Shown here: in pieces, positions 58,174 to 64,000 of the stretch
How the letters are laid out: the number at the start of each line of letters is the position of its first letter
Position numbering within the stretch: position 1 is the stretch's first letter
Assembly: GCA_963668315.1 (NCBI GenBank)
Contig: OY764216.1
Location: 1,024,001-1,088,000, forward strand
DNA: 64,000 nucleotides
Source of the DNA: Spirochaetia bacterium
GTDB taxonomy: Bacteria > Spirochaetota > Spirochaetia > DSM-2461
Reading direction: 5' to 3'
Notes under the pieces: generated by a model
The model's input: the letters and a program-made list of their open reading frames with translations, nothing else
The model's database searches: none
What the model was told of the DNA's origin: nothing
Made by a program: the position numbers and the translations under genes

Positions 58174-58396
58174 TTCGTCCTGTTTATGCCAAACGGCATA
58201 TATCCGGCTCCCCCTTTTATGGGTAAACTTGAGTAAAAGGGGAGGATAATATGGCTATCATTCTAGTTGTTGTATTATGTGTTTTTTACGGGGTGTTTTT
58301 TGCCAACGAGGTTTTGACCCGTAAAAAGAGAAAGTAGTCAGGCGTTGCTTCCCACGCTCCGGGAGACCCAAATCTCCCGGATGACAGTGGTATCGA

Positions 58397-59749
58397 TCAG
58401 GAAGTGAGCTTGTCCCATCGGGAGAAAGCGACATTTCCCGCCGTATTGATAACATCCCATGTACGGGCGAAGGGAGGGGCGTAGCATAAATCCGCCATAG
58501 CCAGATCCTGTACCTTGGCCTTCATTTGAATCGCCATGGCCAGAACATCGATTCTGAGTACCGCCCCGTTTTTGCCGGCGCATTGAGCGGCCAGCAGCTC
58601 CTGTGTCTCTTCATCGAAAGTCAGCTTGATAAGGATGTCTTCCTGTCCCGGGTAATAATCGGTCTGGTTTTTGTCCTTGATTAATACGGATTTAACTCCC
58701 ATTCCGGCTGAATCTATCTCACGGGAAAGCAGACCGGTTCTACCCACTTCCAGATCAAAGATTTTGACGCAGGAGGAGTTCAGTGTGCCCGGATAGGGGC
58801 GTTCCTTTTTTCCCATATTTTCACCGATGATTCTGCCCAGTTTATTGGCTGCCGTCGCCAGGGGTGAGTAGACCGGCGATCCGGTTTTCATGTTCATCAC
58901 CGCCGCGCAGTCCCCCGCGGCGTAAATATCCTCCACGGACGTTTCGCCGTAGCCGTTCACGACAACCGCACCGTTGGGCAACCGCTCTATCTCCGTTTCC
59001 GCCAGGAATGAGGTATTGGGTCTGACTCCGGTGGACAGTACGACCAGATGGGCGGGATATTCGCCCTTATCGGTAACAACCGCCTCTACGCCGGTATCGC
59101 CCTTGAAGCCTGTGACTTTTTCGCCGGTGTTTAGTTTCACGCCGTGTAAGCCCATCTCCTCGGAGATCATTTCTGAGAAACTGCCGTCCAGCATATGCTT
59201 CATCAGCCGGTCTTCGAGCTCTATTACCCGGACGTTCTTATTCTGTTTTCTAAAAGCTTCCGCCAGCTCCAGGCCAATGAAACCTCCGCCGATAATAACG
59301 GCTTCCTCGCCGGTCCTGCTCAGGGCACCCTTTATTTTATCCCCGTCGGCAAGATTCCTCAGGAGGAAGATATTCTCAAGATCGATATTTTTCAGGGGGG
59401 GGGCAAGGGGAGACGCGCCCGTGGCGATAACAAGTTTATCGTAGTTGTCCGTGAAGGAGGGACCGTCGGAGGGCTGTATGGTCAGCTCCTTTCTGCCGAT
59501 GTCAAGCTTCGTGACTTTGTGATTGAGCTTGAGGTTGATTCCCGATTCAAGGATCTTGCCGGCCGGCCGGGCGACCATTCTTTCGGCGTCCTGGAAATGA
59601 CCTCCGATGTAATAGGGGAGTCCGCAGGAACCGAATGATACGGATTCCGTGGCTTCGTAAACGGTGACTTTACTGTCCTTGAGAGATCTCTGAGCCTTGG
59701 CCGCCGTACTCATTCCGGCCGCGTTGGCTCCAATAATAATGATGTGCAT
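58397..59749 (-). CDS. CoA-disulfide reductase / NADH oxidase family
   Basis: 'IIGANAAGMS', redox Cys 'SFGSCGLPY', 'GGGFIGLE', 'YAAGDC', 'YAPPF'. Confidence 0.9.
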   Translation of the reverse strand: MHIIIIGANAAGMSTAAKAQRSLKDSKVTVYEATESVSFGSCGLPYYIGGHFQDAERMVARPAGKILESGINLKLNHKVTKLDIGRKELTIQPSDGPSFTDNYDKLVIATGASPLAPPLKNIDLENIFLLRNLADGDKIKGALSRTGEEAVIIGGGFIGLELAEAFRKQNKNVRVIELEDRLMKHMLDGSFSEMISEEMGLHGVKLNTGEKVTGFKGDTGVEAVVTDKGEYPAHLVVLSTGVRPNTSFLAETEIERLPNGAVVVNGYGETSVEDIYAAGDCAAVMNMKTGSPVYSPLATAANKLGRIIGENMGKKERPYPGTLNSSCVKIFDLEVGRTGLLSREIDSAGMGVKSVLIKDKNQTDYYPGQEDILIKLTFDEETQELLAAQCAGKNGAVLRIDVLAMAIQMKAKVQDLAMADLCYAPPFARTWDVINTAGNVAFSRWDKLTS

Positions 59750-59772
59750 ATTCTCTAAAACCTTATAGACGA

Positions 59773-60330
59773 TTAATGATGTGGTACGACGAAAAATATT
59801 ACTTCCGAAACGCTGTCATGGATATTTTTCGCCGAATGGGGGGCATCTGAAATCATGTTCAGAGAATCCCCCTTATTCAGTATATATGTTTCGTCTCCCA
59901 GCCTGGCTTCCACTTTGCCTTTGTTGACAAACATGACCTGGCTGCCGAAGCGTTTATAAGAGGATGAATCATCACCCGTATGAGCGCCGACCTCCAGTTC
60001 CACAATGGCCACTTCCATTATTTTGGAGAGGGCGCTGTTCGTGGCAAAGGAGATCTTCACGTTCTTGCTCAGAGAGGAGGCAAGCCTGCGGCTGTCCTTT
60101 CTGATGACGGGGGATACATCTTCCTGGGAGACTTCTTCGAAAAGTCCCTGGATTGTCGTATTCAATGAATTGGCAATTTTCACAAGAGACGAGAGCGACG
60201 GGGATACTTTCCCGTTTTCTATCTGGGAAATGTAGCTCGAAGACAACTGCGTCATCTGGGCAAGATTCTTCAGGCTGTAGCCGCAAAGCTCTCTGTTATG
60301 TTTAATCACTAATCCAATTTGTTTATTCAA
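59773..60330 (-). CDS. XRE-family regulator with cupin domain
   Basis: HTH 'SYISQIENGKVSPSL'; cupin 'GDS.....PH..KN'. Confidence 0.9.
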   Translation of the reverse strand: MNKQIGLVIKHNRELCGYSLKNLAQMTQLSSSYISQIENGKVSPSLSSLVKIANSLNTTIQGLFEEVSQEDVSPVIRKDSRRLASSLSKNVKISFATNSALSKIMEVAIVELEVGAHTGDDSSSYKRFGSQVMFVNKGKVEARLGDETYILNKGDSLNMISDAPHSAKNIHDSVSEVIFFVVPHH

Positions 60331-62210
60331 TCCACTGCTCCCCTGGCTTCTCTCATGTTACCGGCTATTACCTTATTAAAAATTGTATAAATGATCAATA
60401 AAGCGATGCTGACGATATTAAAGATAGTATTGGGAATAAGACCGGCCGCTCCGGCGATGAGGGCTATCACTATTTCCGGTGCGTTCAGTTCCTTAAGAAA
60501 CCATCGGGTCATGCCTCCGGATACGAAGATAATTCCTGTGATGATGGAGACGAATCTGAATATGCTGGTACCCAGGGAAGCCTGAAGCAGCATGGCCGGG
60601 TCAAAGAGCAAGATAAAGGGGATGAAATAGATGATGCAGGCAATTCTCATCGAAGTCAGTCCCACTTTTATCGGATCCTCATTGGAGATTTCGGCCGCCG
60701 CGAATGCCGCGATGGCGACGGGGGGAGTGATCATGGAAATAACGGCGTAATAGAAAACGAAGAGGTGGGAGGCAATGAGGGGAAGTCCCAGGTCCTGCAT
60801 GACCGGAACACCCAGGGTCGCCACCAGGATGTAAGCTACGGTGGTCGGCGTACCCGTTCCCATGATGATACAGCAGAGCATCATGAGGAGAAGCGCCGGC
60901 ACAATGTGCCCCCCCGAGAGGGAGAGAATCAGGCTGGAAAGGGAAAGTCCAAGGCCGGTCTGTGTGATAATGCCGATGATGATTCCCGCCGTTCCGCAGG
61001 CTATGGCTATCATGGCGGTTCTTTTCCCGCAGGTCGTGACAATATCCATTACGTTCTTCAGAGTCAGCTTGACATCGCTGTTGACAAAGGCCAGGACGAT
61101 TCCGACAAGAATGGAGTAGAATGAAGCGGAGTAGGGTGAGAACCCGGCGATCAGAAGAACGACGAGGGTCACGATCGGAAGAAGCAGATAAAGCTTGCCC
61201 CGTATCTCTTTCAGTTTGGGGATCTCCCCGGGATCCAGCCCGGAGATTCCCGTTCTTGCCGCTTCGAAGTCCAGGACGATCAGAAGGCCTGCGTAGAAAA
61301 ACAGGGCGGGCATCAGCGCCACTTTACAAATGGCGATATAGGGTATACCGATCAGTTCGGCCATAAGGAAGGCCGCCGCGCCCATAACGGGAGGCATGAT
61401 CTGGCCGCCCGTGGAGGCAACCGCCTCAATGGCTCCGGCCGTTTTCCCGTTGTATCCTATTTTTTTCATCATGGGAATGGTAAAGCTTCCGGTGGCGTAG
61501 ACGTTGGCAGCCGCACTGCCCGAAATGGAACCGAAAAAGGCCGAGGTGAGACAGGCTACCTTGGCGGGCCCCCCTCTGTATTTTCCGGTGGTGATCTTTC
61601 CCAGGTCCATGATGGTATCGCCGCTCTTAATGAACTCGAGGATAGTTCCCAGAATAACAAAAAGTACAACATAGGTGGCTGAGATGCTCAGCGGCATCGA
61701 ATATACCCCGTCCAGGCCCCATGTCTGATAATCGATCAGATCTTTCAGGGATATTCCCCGGTGTGCCAGGACGCCGGGCATATAGGGACCGAATAGGGCA
61801 TAAAGGGTACCGATGAGAGCGATGAGTGACATGACCAAGCCGACAGCTCTCCTGGCTATTTCCAGCAGCAGAACCACCACAAGAGCACCCATTACGTAAT
61901 CAAGGGGCGACAGGGGTGAAATGAGGGACTTTCTTAAGGCGATTTCCTCGTAGTTAAGCGCTATGTAGGAGAAGCAGATAAGGGAAAGCGCGAAAAAGAC
62001 GAAGTCAGCCCATTTCACCTTTTCGCCCTTTCCGGCCGAGGGGTAGAATAGATAACCCATCGAAGCGGTTAGTAGCAGGTGAATGCTTCGCTGCAATTGT
62101 GTGATGACACTCCCGAAGGCGGCAGTATACAGGTGGAACAACACGAGAATAAGAGAGAGAATAAAAACGATTATCCCCGCAATTTTCTGCGGCTTAGTCA
62201 TTTGGCTCAT
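60327..62210 (-). CDS. TRAP transporter fused 4TM/12TM permease
   Basis: 'GGPAKVA', 'GSISGSAAANV', 'AIEAVASTGGQIMPPVMGAAAF', 'TPPVA'. Confidence 0.93.
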   Translation of the reverse strand: MSQMTKPQKIAGIIVFILSLILVLFHLYTAAFGSVITQLQRSIHLLLTASMGYLFYPSAGKGEKVKWADFVFFALSLICFSYIALNYEEIALRKSLISPLSPLDYVMGALVVVLLLEIARRAVGLVMSLIALIGTLYALFGPYMPGVLAHRGISLKDLIDYQTWGLDGVYSMPLSISATYVVLFVILGTILEFIKSGDTIMDLGKITTGKYRGGPAKVACLTSAFFGSISGSAAANVYATGSFTIPMMKKIGYNGKTAGAIEAVASTGGQIMPPVMGAAAFLMAELIGIPYIAICKVALMPALFFYAGLLIVLDFEAARTGISGLDPGEIPKLKEIRGKLYLLLPIVTLVVLLIAGFSPYSASFYSILVGIVLAFVNSDVKLTLKNVMDIVTTCGKRTAMIAIACGTAGIIIGIITQTGLGLSLSSLILSLSGGHIVPALLLMMLCCIIMGTGTPTTVAYILVATLGVPVMQDLGLPLIASHLFVFYYAVISMITPPVAIAAFAAAEISNEDPIKVGLTSMRIACIIYFIPFILLFDPAMLLQASLGTSIFRFVSIITGIIFVSGGMTRWFLKELNAPEIVIALIAGAAGLIPNTIFNIVSIALLIIYTIFNKVIAGNMREARGAVD

Positions 62211-62214
62211 ATTT

Positions 62215-63237
62215 TTACTTAACCCATCCCATCTCTTGATAGTATTTCAACGCACCCGGATGGATCGGTCCGCCGCTGATCTGGCTTGCCAGTTCGGGAG
62301 TCCAGGTTTTATAGGTATTGCTGGAGCCCTGGATCTTTTCGGGGCTTTCGCAGATGGTTTTGGTGATCCTGTAGACCACTTCATCGGGCATATCCGATTT
62401 GATTACCAGTATGGGGTTTTCCGTAATGACATCCAGGTCTTCCTTGATGAAATCGTAGGTGCCCGCAGGGATCGTGCTTCTGCCGTACTTATAGGTATCG
62501 CACAGAGAGCTGATCGTATTCCGGGAAAGGGGGAGAGGTTTGAGATCCTTGGTGACCGCCAGCTCAATGGTGGCAGGCATGATGGGGCCGCAGTAGGCAT
62601 CGGCATGTCCGTCCTTCATCAGAGAGGTCGCTTCGGAATAGGAAACATAGGTAACGCTTCCTCCCCATTCTTTGATTTTTGCGGCGGAAATTCCATAGGT
62701 TTCCAATACTCTGTCCGTTGCCAGAGCAGGAGAGGAACCCTGTACGGCCGTAACGAGACGGACAGGCATTTCATTTTCGATGATCTGGTCGATGGATTCG
62801 TATTTGGAATTTTCCTCAACCAGGAAAACTGACATGTAGATTTCTCCCAGTCTTGCCAGGCCGGAGATATTAGCTATTTTGCCGTCTTCCGCGTACGGAC
62901 CGCTTCCCGAGAGAGCATCGGCATAGATGTTATCCTGCGTCGCGGCGATTTCCACTTTACCCATGGATACGCTCGTAGGATTGGAAACGCTTCCCCCGGT
63001 GGTTACCTTGACGTTGGAACCGGGAAAGACGGGTGTAAGCATTTCTGCAATTACACCGCAGAGAACATACCATCCTCCCCCCACGGAACCGCCCGCCAGG
63101 GAGATGAATTTCGGATCCTCGACTTTGGTCTCATTTGCTCCTGCAGCCGCCGCTGTATCAGCCTGCTTGCTGCACCCTGTGAAAGACAAAGCGATCAGCA
63201 TCAGACAGCTGATCAGTACTTTCTTCATTTCTTTCAT
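62215..63237 (-). CDS. TAXI-family TRAP solute-binding lipoprotein
   Basis: Lipobox 'FTGC'; 'GGSVGGGWY', 'TGGSV.N', 'IPAGTY', 'HPGA.KYY.E'. Confidence 0.9.
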   Translation of the reverse strand: MKEMKKVLISCLMLIALSFTGCSKQADTAAAAGANETKVEDPKFISLAGGSVGGGWYVLCGVIAEMLTPVFPGSNVKVTTGGSVSNPTSVSMGKVEIAATQDNIYADALSGSGPYAEDGKIANISGLARLGEIYMSVFLVEENSKYESIDQIIENEMPVRLVTAVQGSSPALATDRVLETYGISAAKIKEWGGSVTYVSYSEATSLMKDGHADAYCGPIMPATIELAVTKDLKPLPLSRNTISSLCDTYKYGRSTIPAGTYDFIKEDLDVITENPILVIKSDMPDEVVYRITKTICESPEKIQGSSNTYKTWTPELASQISGGPIHPGALKYYQEMGWVK

Positions 63238-63268
63238 TGATTACCCCTTTTTTTATTTTTTAGAACTG

Positions 63269-63631
63269 TCATGCTTCCGTGAGAAACACTTTCAATCCCT
63301 TGAAAACCGTTGCTTTCTGCATGCCTCCGCCGAAAACGGTGGCATCAACCTTTGAACCGGCCATGTGAATGTGTACGAACCATTCCCCGTCATCCTGTTT
63401 GCATACTTCTCCGCAGAAGGAGAGCATTTCAAAGGGACCGGGAATATCGGTATAATTTACTTCCGGCGGAATGGTCGTGGTGGCGGCGTTTCCGACCGTT
63501 ACATCGACAACCGAACCGAGAGCCCCGGTCACGACAGCCGATTCCCAGCCTTTTTTTTCGACAAAGTCGATGATTGACTGTTTTACCTTATCCCCTTTGA
63601 CCAGGTTGATAATTGAGAGCATTTTTTCCAT
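63269..63631 (-). CDS. PPC/DUF296-domain protein
   Basis: 'GALGS', 'GPFEMLS..G', 'HIH', 'GG'. Confidence 0.8.
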   Translation of the reverse strand: MEKMLSIINLVKGDKVKQSIIDFVEKKGWESAVVTGALGSVVDVTVGNAATTTIPPEVNYTDIPGPFEMLSFCGEVCKQDDGEWFVHIHMAGSKVDATVFGGGMQKATVFKGLKVFLTEA

Positions 63632-63633
63632 CC

Positions 63634-64000
63634 TTAGTTAACTCCGTATCTTTTGCGGATTTCGAACTCATCAAGAATCTCGTGGAGCTCCTGAAGTTTC
63701 TTTCCTTCCAAAGTGGGATTGGGGCTGCGCAGAGGTCCGCCGGGAAGTCCCATGTAATCCAGAGCGGGTTTGATGACAATGGGGTTGGAGAACCAGTAGA
63801 GAGCAGAGGTCAGGGGGTAGAATTTGAAGTAGAGTTCCCGTGTCTTCTTAACCTGCTCGATGCTTTCCCAGGGTTTGCACATCTCGGCCATATCGGCGGG
63901 AATGATGTTTCCTCCGATGTTGGCGGCACCGTCTCCGCCCATAGCCATGGTGGGGAGGATGATGGAGTATTTGGGGAAGTCACAGCAGAGTATACTCAGT
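63634..64000 (-). CDS. DapA/N-acetylneuraminate lyase-family protein, 3' part (runs off window)
   Basis: 'MAMGGDG', 'NPIVIKPAL...GLPGGPLRSP'. Confidence 0.75.
   Translation of the reverse strand, partial: LSILCCDFPKYSIILPTMAMGGDGAANIGGNIIPADMAEMCKPWESIEQVKKTRELYFKFYPLTSALYWFSNPIVIKPALDYMGLPGGPLRSPNPTLEGKKLQELHEILDEFEIRKRYGVN

Noticed and set aside
58205..58385. Several hairpins between the MCP and CoA-disulfide reductase genes as a possible sRNA
   Set aside because: Adequately explained as terminators between convergent genes; no second copy or known motif

Overview
Chromosomal window, probably from a free-living spirochaete (inferred from Spirochaetaceae-style 'FANG'/'ASG' signal peptides, many lipoproteins and MCP style). 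About 55 CDS; no rRNA, tRNA, IS element or CRISPR array seen. Left to right: cysD-cysNC-cysteate synthase-cysteate acyltransferase-like cluster (probable sulfonolipid/capnine synthesis); PAS-GGDEF; an Ig-repeat/glycine-rich lipoprotein; MetR-like LysR with a B12-independent methionine synthase-like enzyme; a GH27/sugar-sensing/YtfQRT-YjfF-type ABC locus interrupted by a cell-envelope block; potABCD; RNase D-like; ArsR with EFR1; a cobalamin-riboswitch locus with BtuB/BtuG/BtuH-like genes and TonB; 5'-nucleotidase; an M16 peptidase pair; hemerythrin; TetR-MFS-ABC; MCP; and a DapA-like/DUF296/TAXI-TRAP/XRE/CoA-disulfide reductase cluster. Best leads: (1) two divergent paralogous small acidic genes, each preceded by the same hairpin leader with an AUG in the loop, one heading potABCD; (2) a Bacteroidota-type sulfonolipid pathway coupled to sulfate activation; (3) a Bacteroidota-like B12 capture locus with an uncharacterised riboswitch-controlled lipoprotein; (4) three dispersed Flavo-1-like structured elements. 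Family assignments come from motifs read by eye, not database searches.
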